In this document: positions 38,479-48,096 of the stretch, piece by piece | How positions within the stretch are numbered: the first letter of the stretch is position 1 | How the letters are laid out: each line of letters opens with the position of its first letter | NCBI GenBank assembly: GCA_965204755.1 | Contig: OZ242011.1 | Span: 2,624,001-2,688,000, forward strand | Length of the DNA: 64,000 nt | Direction: 5' to 3' | DNA from: Candidatus Marinacidobacterium sp. | Lineage (GTDB): Bacteria; Acidobacteriota; Vicinamibacteria; Marinacidobacterales; Marinacidobacteraceae | Notes under the pieces: model-generated | Databases searched by the model: none | What the model was told of the DNA's origin: nothing | What the model saw: the letters and a program-made list of their open reading frames with translations, nothing else | Program-made: the position numbers and the translations under genes

Positions 38479-39504
38479 ATGACCGCTTCCCCCTCCGCCC
38501 GCCGCCCCTCCCCGCCGAAGACCCTGCGCGTGCACCTCGCCACGGACCCCGGCGACGACAGCGGCTACCGGCTGGACGAGGAGCGGTTCCGCGCCGCCGG
38601 TCGGGAGTTCCCGGAGACCTTCGCCCGCCTCCGCCCGACCTACTCCGACGACGAGGCCGGCTTCCGGCGCGGCGTCCGGGACGCCGAAGTGCTGATCGGC
38701 TGGAAGTTCCCCCGGGCGGGCCTCGCCGACCTGGCCCCGCGTCTCCGCCGGGTGCAACTCATCGGGGCCGGCGTGGACCACCTCTACCCGCTCGACTGGC
38801 TGCCCCCGGGGGCGAAACTGCTCACCGCGAGCGGCGTCCACACCAAGAAGTGCTTCGAGTATGTGCTCATGGCGCTCGTCGCCCTCCGCACGCGCCTCCC
38901 GCAGTTCGTCGTTTCCCAGGCGCGGCGGGAGTGGACGAAGATCCAGACCGGCACGCTCGAAGGCAAGACCGCGCTGGTCATCGGGCTGGGCGCCGTCGGC
39001 GCCGGCGCCGCCGAGGCGGCCCGCACCCTGGGGATGCGCGTCCTGGGCGTCCGCCGCACCGCCCGCCCCCACCGCTTCGCGGACGAACTCTTCCGCCCGG
39101 AGGAGTTGTCCCGCGCCCTGCCGCGCGCCGACCATGTGGTGCTGGCCGCGCCGCTGACCCGCGAGACCACCGAGATCCTGGGAGCGGACGAGATCGCTCT
39201 CCTCCCCCGGGGCGCCGGCGTCGTGAACCTGGGCCGGGGCCGGCTCGTCTCCCAGCCGGCGCTCGTCGCCGCCCTCCGCAGCGGCCAGGTCGGCGGCGCG
39301 TTCCTGGACACGGTCTGGCCGGAGCCGCTCCCCCCGGAGAGCGACCTCTGGGACGCCCCGAACCTGATCCTCACCCCCCATGTCGGCGCCGACGACATCG
39401 AGCGCTATGTCCCGATGGTCTTCCGCATCGCCCTCGACAACCTCTCCCGCTACTTCGCCGGCAAACCCCAACGCAATGTCGTAAACCCCCGCCGCGGCTA
39501 CTGA
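38479..39504 (+). CDS. D-2-hydroxyacid dehydrogenase
   Basis: GAGVDH, GLGAVG Rossmann motif, PLTRET, NLGRG, LDT..PEPLP and TPHV. Confidence 0.92.
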   Translation: MTASPSARRPSPPKTLRVHLATDPGDDSGYRLDEERFRAAGREFPETFARLRPTYSDDEAGFRRGVRDAEVLIGWKFPRAGLADLAPRLRRVQLIGAGVDHLYPLDWLPPGAKLLTASGVHTKKCFEYVLMALVALRTRLPQFVVSQARREWTKIQTGTLEGKTALVIGLGAVGAGAAEAARTLGMRVLGVRRTARPHRFADELFRPEELSRALPRADHVVLAAPLTRETTEILGADEIALLPRGAGVVNLGRGRLVSQPALVAALRSGQVGGAFLDTVWPEPLPPESDLWDAPNLILTPHVGADDIERYVPMVFRIALDNLSRYFAGKPQRNVVNPRRGY

Positions 39505-39816
39505 GGCCGGGCGCGGCGGCGGGGGCGGTCTTCGATCCCTTCGGCCGGGCGAGCCGCGGCGCCGGGAAGGCGGCGCGCGGAAGGGGTGAAGTTTCTTGTC
39601 CGGGCGCGCCGTTACCTTTCGCCCAGTCACCCCGTACGGATGCCGCTGCGTCGAGGCGGCGCCGCCGGTGACGGAGGAAGACCGCCCATGACCGCCCGCC
39701 GAGCCGGCGCTCCGACGCCGATGGCGAACGCGCCGGTGGCGTCCGGCGGCCCGGTGCCGGGCTTGGCCGGGAGAGGCCGGCGCCGGGCCCCCGATGTTCT
39801 ATCCTTGCCCCATCCG

Positions 39817-41082
39817 ATGGCAGTCCCCGGAGACGCGCCCTCCGGCGGCCGGCGCGTGTACTTGGACTACGCCGCAACGACGCCGGCCGACCCGGGCGTG
39901 ATCGCCGCCATGACGGAGTGCCTCGGGCGGGAGGGCGTGTTCGGGAACCCCGCGTCCCGGACGCACGCCTTCGGGCGGGAGGCGTCCGAGCGGGTGGAGA
40001 CGGCGCGGGAGTCGGTGGCCTCCCTGATCGGGGCCGAACCCTCCGAGGTCGTCTGGACTTCCGGCGCGACGGAATCCACGAACTTGGCCGTCAAGGGCGT
40101 GGCGTTGGCCGCGACCGCGTCCGGAGCCGGCGAGCGGCGACGCCACATCGTCACCTCCGCCGCCGAGCACAAGGCGACCCTGGACTGCTGCGGCTGGCTG
40201 GAGGGCCGCGGCTTCGAGGTCACCCGCCTGCGCCCGGACTCCGCCGGCGCCATCACCGCGCGGGCCGTGGAAGCGGCCCTGCGCCGGGACACCGTCCTCG
40301 TTTCGCTGATGGCGGTCAACAACGAAGTCGGGACGATCACCGACCTCGGCGCGATCGGCGCGGTCACTCGCGCTCGGGGCATCGTCTTCCACGCTGACCT
40401 GGCGCAGGCCGCGGCGCGGCTTCCCGTGTCCGTTGATTCGCTCCGGCTGGACTTGGCTTCGCTCAGCGGGCACAAGATGTACGGCCCGAAGGGCGTGGGG
40501 GCGCTCTATGTCCGCCGCTCCGTGCGGGACCGCATCGAACCCCAAGTCCACGGCGGGGGACAGGAGTTGGGCCTGCGCGCCGGCACCCTCCCGACGCACC
40601 AGATCGTCGGGATGGGCGCGGCGGCGGAGTTGGTCCGGCGCCGGCTGGACGAAGACCGGGAGCGGGTGGCCGCCCTGGAGCGGCGCCTGCTCGACTCCCT
40701 CGGCGGCGTGGACGGCTTCTTCCGCAACAGCGACGGGGCGGACCGGGTCCCGGGGATCGTCAGCGTCGGCTTCGAAGGCGTAGCGAGCGAGTCTCTCCTT
40801 GTGGCGCTTCCGGACCTGGCGCTCTCCACCGGGTCCGCCTGCACCTCCCGCCGAGTGGAACCGTCGCATGTGCTCGCCTCCCTGGGTGTCCCGGAAGACC
40901 GGGCGCGTTGTTCGGTTCGGGTGAGCCTCGGGCGGTACGCCACGGAAGCCGATGTGGAATACGCGGCCCGGCGACTGGCCGCGTGCGTCACCGGTCTGCG
41001 CGCCCTCGCCTCGGTGGCGCCCGCGGCGCCGCGCTATCTCGCCGAAGATCCGGCTGACCTGCCTGTCGGAGTGTCCGCCTGA
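39817..41082 (+). CDS. dndA: Cysteine desulfurase (IscS/DndA)
   Basis: YLDYAATTP, GNPAS, TSGATES, SGHKMYGPKG and catalytic STGSAC. Stop overlaps the dndC start (TGATG). Confidence 0.88.
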   Translation: MAVPGDAPSGGRRVYLDYAATTPADPGVIAAMTECLGREGVFGNPASRTHAFGREASERVETARESVASLIGAEPSEVVWTSGATESTNLAVKGVALAATASGAGERRRHIVTSAAEHKATLDCCGWLEGRGFEVTRLRPDSAGAITARAVEAALRRDTVLVSLMAVNNEVGTITDLGAIGAVTRARGIVFHADLAQAAARLPVSVDSLRLDLASLSGHKMYGPKGVGALYVRRSVRDRIEPQVHGGGQELGLRAGTLPTHQIVGMGAAAELVRRRLDEDRERVAALERRLLDSLGGVDGFFRNSDGADRVPGIVSVGFEGVASESLLVALPDLALSTGSACTSRRVEPSHVLASLGVPEDRARCSVRVSLGRYATEADVEYAARRLAACVTGLRALASVAPAAPRYLAEDPADLPVGVSA

Positions 41083-42260
41083 TGCCCTTCCCGCTCCCCG
41101 TCCTCGACACGGCGCCACCGGATGTATCCGGAGTGGCTGACCGCTTGGGCGAGACGATGCAGGCGATCCGGCAGGCATATCTCCGGCGGGACCGGCATCC
41201 GTGGGTCGTGGCGTACTCCGGCGGCAAGGACTCGACGCTCCTCCTGCAACTCGTGTGGGAGGTCGTCGAGTCGCTGCCGGAGTCCGACCGCCGCCGGCAG
41301 ATCGTGCTCGTCGGCAACGACACCCTCGTCGAGTCGCCGCTCGTCATCGGTCACCTGCGGGGAAGTCTGGAAACCATCCGGCGGGTGGCCCGGAAGCGGA
41401 GCCTTCCGATCAATGTGCGCATCACGAAGCCCCACATCGACCAGACCTTCTGGGTCAATGTCATCGGCCGCGGTTACATTCCTCCTACCCGCAACTTCCG
41501 CTGGTGCACCGACCGGATGAAGATCCGCCCGACGAGTCAACTTCTCGAACAGTTGGTGCGGGCGAACAAGAAGGCGGTCCTGCTCGTCGGAACGCGCAAG
41601 GCGGAATCGGAAACGCGCCGGCGCAACATGAAGAGGCACGGCGCGAGCGCCCGGCGCATGAACCGCCACAGCAGCGTGGAGGGCTGCTGGATGTTCGCTC
41701 CGCTGGCCGACCTCAGCGACGAAGAGGTCTGGATGATCCTGATGCAACGCAACCCCCCTTGGGGCGGCACGCATCAGGACTTGATCACTCTCTATCGAAA
41801 CGCTGGCGGCGGAGAGTGCCCGCTCGTCCTCACCAAGGCCGATGCGCCCTCGTGCGGGACGACTTCGCCCCGTTTCGGCTGCTGGACATGCACCGTCGTG
41901 ACCAAAGACCGCAGCCTCCGGGGCCTCATAGACTCCGGCCACCGGGACGCCTCCGCCATGGAGCGGCTCTTCGAATTCCGCGAGTGGCTTGTCGAACTTC
42001 GGGAAGACGACCGAAACCGGGACCGGACGCGCCGCGACGGAAGCGTGAAGCGCCGCAGCGACGGCTCCTATGTCATGGGCCCCTTCACGCTCGAGGTTCG
42101 CGAAAAAATCCTGGAACGGCTGCAGCAACTCGAGAAGGCGGTCGGGGTCGACCTGATCCAGCGCGGCGAGATGGATCTCATCCACGACATCTGGCGCCGT
42201 GATCGAGTCCAAGAAGAATGCCGCTCGGCGTTCCGTGAAGCCTTTGCGATTTCCGCGTGA
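41082..42260 (+). CDS. dndC: DndC-family phosphorothioation sulfurtransferase (PAPS reductase/PP-loop)
   Basis: PWVVAYSGGKDS, NDTLVESP, TFWVNVIGRGY, FRWCTDRMKI, GTRKAES, NPPWG, GECP, RFGCWTCTVV and GPFT. Confidence 0.92.
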   Translation: MPFPLPVLDTAPPDVSGVADRLGETMQAIRQAYLRRDRHPWVVAYSGGKDSTLLLQLVWEVVESLPESDRRRQIVLVGNDTLVESPLVIGHLRGSLETIRRVARKRSLPINVRITKPHIDQTFWVNVIGRGYIPPTRNFRWCTDRMKIRPTSQLLEQLVRANKKAVLLVGTRKAESETRRRNMKRHGASARRMNRHSSVEGCWMFAPLADLSDEEVWMILMQRNPPWGGTHQDLITLYRNAGGGECPLVLTKADAPSCGTTSPRFGCWTCTVVTKDRSLRGLIDSGHRDASAMERLFEFREWLVELREDDRNRDRTRRDGSVKRRSDGSYVMGPFTLEVREKILERLQQLEKAVGVDLIQRGEMDLIHDIWRRDRVQEECRSAFREAFAISA

Positions 42261-42264
42261 TCCT

Positions 42265-44070
42265 GTGAATCTGATCCCTCGGACTTCCATTCGAGCGGAG
42301 GCCATGTCGTTCTCGGACCTTTTCGAGATGGGGACATTCTCCGTTCCGTGGCACCAGCGGCACTATGATTGGGACAAGCCCCATGTGACGGCCCTCCTCA
42401 ATGACATCGAGGAGGCACGCCGGGAAAGCCGGGTCTGCTATTTCCTCGGTTCGATCATGTTGATCGACTCGGGTGGCGACCACTGGGAAATCAACGACGG
42501 GCAGCAGCGAATGGTCACGGTTTCCCTGATCATCGCCCGGCTCTGTCGACTGGCGTTCGACGAGAACCCCGACGCGCAAAGAGTGAAGATCGCCTTGAGC
42601 AAGTTGTTCGTCGTCGAACGCGACGCAGTGTGTAGTCTCGACGACGCCGACGGCTACCAAGCACGCATCACGCCTCCTCGGAACGATCTCACTCGATATC
42701 ACCAGATCATCCGCGGCAACCCCATCGGCACGAATGGGAAACTCACCACTGCATGGAAGGAGATCGATGCGTTTTTGACCAGTATGTCGCTCTCCGACGC
42801 CTATCGGTACTTCGACTATTTGGTCAAGAAGACAGAAGTGGCAGTGCTTCGCGTTCCGAAAGTCGTGGACCCGAACGCGGTCTATGAAACACTCAACTTC
42901 CGAGGTAAGAACCTGGACGATGTGGATCTGATCCGGAATCACCTCTACTCGTTCTTCTCCGATGACGCAGACGAACATCGGCGTGAGGTGGTGCGCGAAA
43001 ACATCGAGAGGATCGGCGATGCCCTCACCCGAAGAGGAAAGTCTAGGAACAGGAGTGCCGAAGAGTATCTGAGGTGTCATACGCAGTGCCTGTTCGGTCA
43101 CATGCGTAGCCAGCACTTCTATCGCGACTTCCGAAGAGAGATGCGGGCGTATCTGAACAACCAGCGGACGTCCAGACGCACAGACGCCGCCTTGGTGTTC
43201 CAACTTATCGAGAAGTTGTCCGATCGCGCGGCTCTGCGCCTATTCCGAACGATCACCACACCAGGGCCGGACCCCGAGGCCGTAGAGGGCTTCGAGCGTC
43301 GCGCGGGGACAACGGGAAGCCGCCGGCGGCTGGCAGTGTTTCTGAGGGAACTGCGTAACTACACCGTAGTACAACCGCTGCTGTTCTCCATGCTCATGGT
43401 GTACCGAAGGGAGAGTGACGGTCGCCGGCTGCGTCGCATTGCGAATGAGGTCAACCGGAGTGTCGAGCGGCTTACGGCTTTCGTGCTTCGGACGGCTTTT
43501 GTCGTTCCGAAGTTCGAACCTTCCCATTATGAGGAGAAGTTTGCGGATCTCGCGCGACAGATGATGGATGCGGGTGAGACGTCGGAAGAGGCAATCATCG
43601 ATCTGCTCCGTGAGTGCGATGTGCACGGAGTCTTGGATGACCAGCAGTTTCGGGAATCCATGAAACGCGTGAAGAGAATGACCGGATCCGCAAGGATCAG
43701 GTCGTTCCTCCTTGGTGTCAATGCGACCGTGGCAGGTGACCCGAGCCTGTTGAACGAAGAGCGGTGCACGCTGGAACATATCCTCCCAACGGGTGCTGAG
43801 CATTGGAGCGGCTGGACGGGCTTCAAGACAGTGGACGAGAGCGAGTATGCTCATCGCTTGGGGAATCTGACGCTGATGGGCCCCGATGACAACAAACCGG
43901 GTAAGCGGTTCAATGCGAGTTTCAATGCCAAGAGAGGCAGTTACGAGCAGAGTTCGGTAGCGATGACGAGAGAAGTTGCCAAGCAGGACGAGTGGAACCC
44001 GGATGTGATCGCGCGTCGGGAGGATGACCTGATTGAGCGGGCGATCGAAGTATGGACCTTCGAGGCCTGA
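42265..44070 (+). CDS. DUF262 + DUF1524 (HNH) protein, SspE/GmrSD-like
   Basis: VPWHQRHYDW, FLGSI, INDGQQR and YETLNFRG; C-terminal TLEHILP and RLGNLTL. Alternative start ATG 42304. Confidence 0.9.
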   Translation: MNLIPRTSIRAEAMSFSDLFEMGTFSVPWHQRHYDWDKPHVTALLNDIEEARRESRVCYFLGSIMLIDSGGDHWEINDGQQRMVTVSLIIARLCRLAFDENPDAQRVKIALSKLFVVERDAVCSLDDADGYQARITPPRNDLTRYHQIIRGNPIGTNGKLTTAWKEIDAFLTSMSLSDAYRYFDYLVKKTEVAVLRVPKVVDPNAVYETLNFRGKNLDDVDLIRNHLYSFFSDDADEHRREVVRENIERIGDALTRRGKSRNRSAEEYLRCHTQCLFGHMRSQHFYRDFRREMRAYLNNQRTSRRTDAALVFQLIEKLSDRAALRLFRTITTPGPDPEAVEGFERRAGTTGSRRRLAVFLRELRNYTVVQPLLFSMLMVYRRESDGRRLRRIANEVNRSVERLTAFVLRTAFVVPKFEPSHYEEKFADLARQMMDAGETSEEAIIDLLRECDVHGVLDDQQFRESMKRVKRMTGSARIRSFLLGVNATVAGDPSLLNEERCTLEHILPTGAEHWSGWTGFKTVDESEYAHRLGNLTLMGPDDNKPGKRFNASFNAKRGSYEQSSVAMTREVAKQDEWNPDVIARREDDLIERAIEVWTFEA

Positions 44071-45467
44071 CGGACGCCGCGAGTGTGCGGCGTCGCGTGG
44101 AATCGGACCTGAAACTGCCGGCGCCACTTCTGCCGTATCAGTGGGAGGGAGTGGCGTTTCTTTGTCGATCACCGGCCGCGCTCTTGGCGGACGAGATGGG
44201 GCTGGGGAAGACGGTGCAGGCCGCCGTAGCGCTGGCGCTGTTGTTGAACGGCGGATCGAGCGTACGGCGCGTCCTGGTCGTGGCTCCGGCATCCCTGACT
44301 CTGAACTGGATGGAAGAGATCCGTCGCTGGGCACCATCGGTGACCGTGCGGCGTCTGACCGGGAGCGACCGGGATCGGGCGGCCTGGTACATCCTTCCGG
44401 TACCGGTTCTCGTGGGATCGTACGAGCAGATTCGGGAGGACGGTCTGGACCGCATACCGCGGGGCGCTTTCGACCTGGTGATTCTGGACGAGGCGCAGCG
44501 CATCAAGAACGAGGCGTCGCGGACTTCACTCGCTTGCCGACTCTTGCCCCGGGAGCGGGCTTGGGCACTGTCGGCGACACCTCTCGAGAATCGGGAGGAA
44601 GACTTGGTGTCGATCTTCGGGTTCCTTAATGTACGGGCCGATGGAGGGCGGCCGGAGGATCTGGGAAGAGCCCTTGAAACCGTGATGCTGCGCCGTCGAA
44701 AATCGGAGGTTCGGGCGGATCTGCCGCCCGTCATCATCCAGGATGTCCGGGTGGAGATGGATCGGCCTCAACGAGAGCGGTACGACCGGATGTGGGTCCA
44801 TCGGACCGAGGGGCTGGAAGCGGGGCGGAATCGGAGTGAGATCCGGGGGATGCTGCTCGGGCTGATCACGCGTTTGAAGGCGGTGTGCAACTTCGACGAG
44901 CGCACGGGCTGCTCGGCCAAGTTGGAGGGGCTGGAGGCGGTCATCGATGGGGCCGGCCCGACGGCGCGCATCTTGGTCTTCTCCCAGTTCGTCTCGACTC
45001 TGCGGTGGATTTCTGATAAACTCAGAGTTCCACATGGTCTCGTCATCGGGCCGATGACGATGGAGGCTCGGCAGGAGGCCATGAGCGATTTTCGGCTGAA
45101 GCCGTCCCCCAGAGTCCTGCTCGTGTCCCTGAAGGCGGGCGGTGTCGGCCTCAACCTTGGAGAAGCCACTCACGTAGTGATGTTCGATCGGTGGTGGAAC
45201 TCTGCCGTGGAGTCGCAGGCCATTTTTCGCGCCCACCGGCACGACCGCCCGGATCCGCTCCATGTGATCCGGTTTCTCACCGTCGAATCCATCGAGGAGC
45301 GAATCGCAGCGATCATCGAGCGGAAGACATCACTGTTCGATGAGGTGGTCGAAGGCGCGAGCAGCCGACGACCGAAACACGACGGGCTCACGGAAGCAGA
45401 CCTGAGATACATGCTCGACTTGGCTTCCGCCGGGCCAGACCACGAGTCGCACTCAGTCACGGCGTAG
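44052..45467 (+). CDS. Minimal SNF2-family helicase/translocase
   Basis: LLPYQ.EGV, LADEMGLGKT, LDEAQRIKN, SATPLEN, FSQF, SLKAGGVGLNL and DRWWN. Confidence 0.93.
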   Translation: MDLRGLTDAASVRRRVESDLKLPAPLLPYQWEGVAFLCRSPAALLADEMGLGKTVQAAVALALLLNGGSSVRRVLVVAPASLTLNWMEEIRRWAPSVTVRRLTGSDRDRAAWYILPVPVLVGSYEQIREDGLDRIPRGAFDLVILDEAQRIKNEASRTSLACRLLPRERAWALSATPLENREEDLVSIFGFLNVRADGGRPEDLGRALETVMLRRRKSEVRADLPPVIIQDVRVEMDRPQRERYDRMWVHRTEGLEAGRNRSEIRGMLLGLITRLKAVCNFDERTGCSAKLEGLEAVIDGAGPTARILVFSQFVSTLRWISDKLRVPHGLVIGPMTMEARQEAMSDFRLKPSPRVLLVSLKAGGVGLNLGEATHVVMFDRWWNSAVESQAIFRAHRHDRPDPLHVIRFLTVESIEERIAAIIERKTSLFDEVVEGASSRRPKHDGLTEADLRYMLDLASAGPDHESHSVTA

Positions 45468-45484
45468 AGCGCTGGGAGGCGCGT

Positions 45485-46312
45485 ATGGCAAGCATCAAAG
45501 AGTATCGGTCGCTCCCGCTGGGCGACCTGGTCATCGGCAAGGCTCAAGTTCGGGTAAGCGAACTCGGTGCCGGCATCGACGAACTGGCGGAGAGCATCCG
45601 CGTACAGGGCCTGTTGCAGCCGATCGTCGTCTGCCAAGCCGAGGACGGAGAGCGGTGGGAAATCCTCACCGGTCAGCGCCGTTTCCTGGCTCACCAGCGG
45701 TTGGAGCGCGACTCCATCTACGCCGCGATCTTGGACGAGCGCGTCGGCGAGGCCGAGGCCAAAGCGATCTCGATCACGGAGAATCTGGTTCGCCGGAAAC
45801 TGACTGGACGGGATTTGAAGGACGGAATCCTGTTCTTGTACAACCGCTACGGGAGTGTTCGGGATGTGGCCGACAAGACGGGGATCTCCCAGAGCCAAGT
45901 GCGGGCCAATGTGAAGTATCCGCGGCTTCACCGCCGTCTTCAGCAACTGGTCGACGACAACGCTGTGCCGATCAATGTGGCGGTCAGGGCAAATGACGCC
46001 GCAATGGACGCGAGCGGTGAAGTCAACCCGGACGAGGCCGAGAAACTCGCCCGGGAGATGGACCCGATGGCCGATGTCCAGCGCCGCAAGTTGGTTCAGG
46101 ATCGCCGAGCACATCCGGAGAAGTCGGTCGACGATGTCATCGAACATGCCAAGACCGGTGGACAGATCTTCCAAGTCACTACCACCGTCTCGGCGCAGAC
46201 GCACGCCGCGATCCAGAGAGTGGCGAAGGAAGAGGGACTCAACCAGGACGAGGCGACCTCGATGTTGATCGAGGAAGCACTCGCAGGTCGAGGCGCCTTC
46301 GAGGAGGAATGA
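45485..46312 (+). CDS. ParB/Srx-domain protein with HTH and possible C-terminal ribbon-helix-helix
   Basis: ELAESIRVQGLLQPIVV, TGQRR, ENLVR and VRDVADKTGISQSQV; GGAGG SD. Confidence 0.88.
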   Translation: MASIKEYRSLPLGDLVIGKAQVRVSELGAGIDELAESIRVQGLLQPIVVCQAEDGERWEILTGQRRFLAHQRLERDSIYAAILDERVGEAEAKAISITENLVRRKLTGRDLKDGILFLYNRYGSVRDVADKTGISQSQVRANVKYPRLHRRLQQLVDDNAVPINVAVRANDAAMDASGEVNPDEAEKLAREMDPMADVQRRKLVQDRRAHPEKSVDDVIEHAKTGGQIFQVTTTVSAQTHAAIQRVAKEEGLNQDEATSMLIEEALAGRGAFEEE

Positions 46313-47031
46313 TGACCGCGCCCCGATCCTGGGATCTCGGGCGTCTTCGGATGTCTGTGGGGTACGGCAGGCAGAAGCGCGGACGGCACTACTCTCCGGT
46401 CGAAGTGGGCGAGTGGGTGATGCAGGAACGGAGACGCGGGGCGTCGCTCGCCGATTGCGCGGCGACTCTCAACCTCGATGGCGTCGGCCATATCGGGCGG
46501 TTTCCTCGTCTTCTGAGACTGCCTGAAGATGTCCTCCACCTCGTGGATTGGGGTACGCCGCGAGGCGGCATCGGTTTCTCGGCGGCGGTGGAACTGGCGA
46601 AACTGCGAAGCCAGGGTGACCAGCGGGAAGTCGCGGATGCCGTACTGAAACATGGCCTCACGAGTCGAGAGATTCGGCAGATGGGCCAACTGAGGCAGCG
46701 GTCTGACCGCACCGTGACGGAGGCGATCGAGGACGGACTCCGGATGCGTCCGAAGGTCGTGCGCCGTCATGTCTTCCTCGGAAGTGTCTCGGCGCGCATT
46801 CGCGACTACATGGCCGATCGAGAACAATGTCAGCGTGACGCCCTGCTGCGGCACAGCATCGACAAAGTTGGACTGCGAGAAGTCACCGGCAGGTTGGGCC
46901 CGCAGATCTTCACACTGGTCGGCGGCGACGTCTTCGCGAAGTCGATGCGCGACATCGGTGTCGACGACATTGAGTCGAAGTTGCTCGATGCGATGGAAGA
47001 GGAGGTTTCTCGTGGGCGAGCCGAAGGTTGA
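46309..47031 (+). CDS. Hypothetical protein resembling the ParB HTH/central region
   Basis: SPVEVG, GASLADCAATL, LLRLPEDV, IGFSAAVEL and GLTSREIR; ATGA-coupled to ParB. Confidence 0.65.
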   Translation: MMTAPRSWDLGRLRMSVGYGRQKRGRHYSPVEVGEWVMQERRRGASLADCAATLNLDGVGHIGRFPRLLRLPEDVLHLVDWGTPRGGIGFSAAVELAKLRSQGDQREVADAVLKHGLTSREIRQMGQLRQRSDRTVTEAIEDGLRMRPKVVRRHVFLGSVSARIRDYMADREQCQRDALLRHSIDKVGLREVTGRLGPQIFTLVGGDVFAKSMRDIGVDDIESKLLDAMEEEVSRGRAEG

Positions 47032-48040
47032 TGTGTTCGCCAACGGCGCTGTTGCTCTTGGCGATCACATAGTGTGCGACGGGTATGTGATGGGGCGGGC
47101 CTATCGTGTCCAGACACATATACATGACGACCACATGGCGGGCTTCAACACGAGCAAGGGGGAACAGGATTTCCTGTTGAGTCCCGCGACTTACGATCTC
47201 TTGGTCGCCGAGAAGGATGCCGAGTTGCCGTATCGGAGCAACTTTCACGCGTTGGACGCGGGCGGCAGCAAGTCGTTGTTCGATGGCTCCTCGGTGGAAC
47301 TGGCGCCGTCGAACCACATGCTCGGTGCGTGTCAAGTGGCTGTGACCTTGCCCGGCGGCGGCCGGCTGGGGTACTCCGGCGACTTCGGATGGCCGATCGA
47401 GCAGGTCATCGAAGTGGACGAGTTGGTGGTGGACAGTACTTACGGTAGTCCGCGGAGCGTGAGGTCTTACGGCCAAGAGGAAGTGGAGGCGCGACTCTGG
47501 GAGATCATCTGCGCTGCGCTGCGGGTGGGGACCGTCCATATCCGCGCGCACCGGGGAACGATCGAGCGAGTGCTGCATCTGCTGGGTCAGGGGACGGGGG
47601 TTCCCATTTTGGCGTCGGATCGCCGGATTCGAGAGGTCGAGGTCTACCAGAAGTACGGCTACGCGGTTTGTGACTTGGTTTCGATCGAGTCGGAGGCCGG
47701 AAGGGAGGCGCTGAAGGAGAGGTCGTATGTGCGCGTGTACTCGAAGGGTGACGGGTTTCCGAATGAACTTCTGGAGGGCACTTCAGTAATCTGCAGTGCC
47801 TTCATGTGCGGGCCTGACGATCCGGTGCTACAGCACTCGGAACGGGTCTTTCGCGTGGCCCTCTCGAACCATGCGGATTTCGAGGAAACGCTGGCGTACG
47901 TCCGGGAGACGGGAGCGAAGCGGGTGGTTACGGACAACACGCGCCTTCACGGATGCGAGTTGGCGCTGGCGCTGAACGAGCGGCTCAGTGGCGTGGAAGC
48001 GTCACCGTCGTCCAATCGGCCCACCCCGCGACGGGAGTAG
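47012..48040 (+). CDS. Metallo-beta-lactamase / beta-CASP nuclease (SNM1/Artemis-like)
   Basis: THIHDDH, SNHMLG, YSGDF, VVDSTYG and SNHADF; GGAGG SD before GTG 47012. Confidence 0.88.
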   Translation: MGEPKVDVFANGAVALGDHIVCDGYVMGRAYRVQTHIHDDHMAGFNTSKGEQDFLLSPATYDLLVAEKDAELPYRSNFHALDAGGSKSLFDGSSVELAPSNHMLGACQVAVTLPGGGRLGYSGDFGWPIEQVIEVDELVVDSTYGSPRSVRSYGQEEVEARLWEIICAALRVGTVHIRAHRGTIERVLHLLGQGTGVPILASDRRIREVEVYQKYGYAVCDLVSIESEAGREALKERSYVRVYSKGDGFPNELLEGTSVICSAFMCGPDDPVLQHSERVFRVALSNHADFEETLAYVRETGAKRVVTDNTRLHGCELALALNERLSGVEASPSSNRPTPRRE

Positions 48041-48096
48041 CGCGGCCGAGTAGGTGTGGCCGCGCGCGGACCCGGGCGGCCGCCGGCGGGGGCCGG

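Noticed and set aside
36535-39630. Apparent giant fusions in the ORF track (1031-aa amidase, 843-aa GlnS, 784-aa rubrerythrin, 772-aa STAS protein)
   Set aside because: The N-terminal extensions are stop-free read-through over neighbouring genes; the real starts are downstream.
39817-41082. Housekeeping ISC iscS
   Set aside because: No iscR/U/A or hscBA neighbours; the gene is translationally coupled to dndC.
41082-42260. CysH sulfate-assimilation PAPS reductase
   Set aside because: It carries DndC-specific motifs (FWVNVIGRGY, RWCT, RFGCWTCT) and has no cys genes nearby.
45485-46312. Chromosome or plasmid partition locus
   Set aside because: No parA or replication gene, and no parS palindrome noticed; the gene is embedded in a nuclease/helicase operon.
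39505-48096. Integrative element or prophage carrying the Dnd-like operon
   Set aside because: No integrase, transposase, tRNA target or flanking direct repeats were found by eye.
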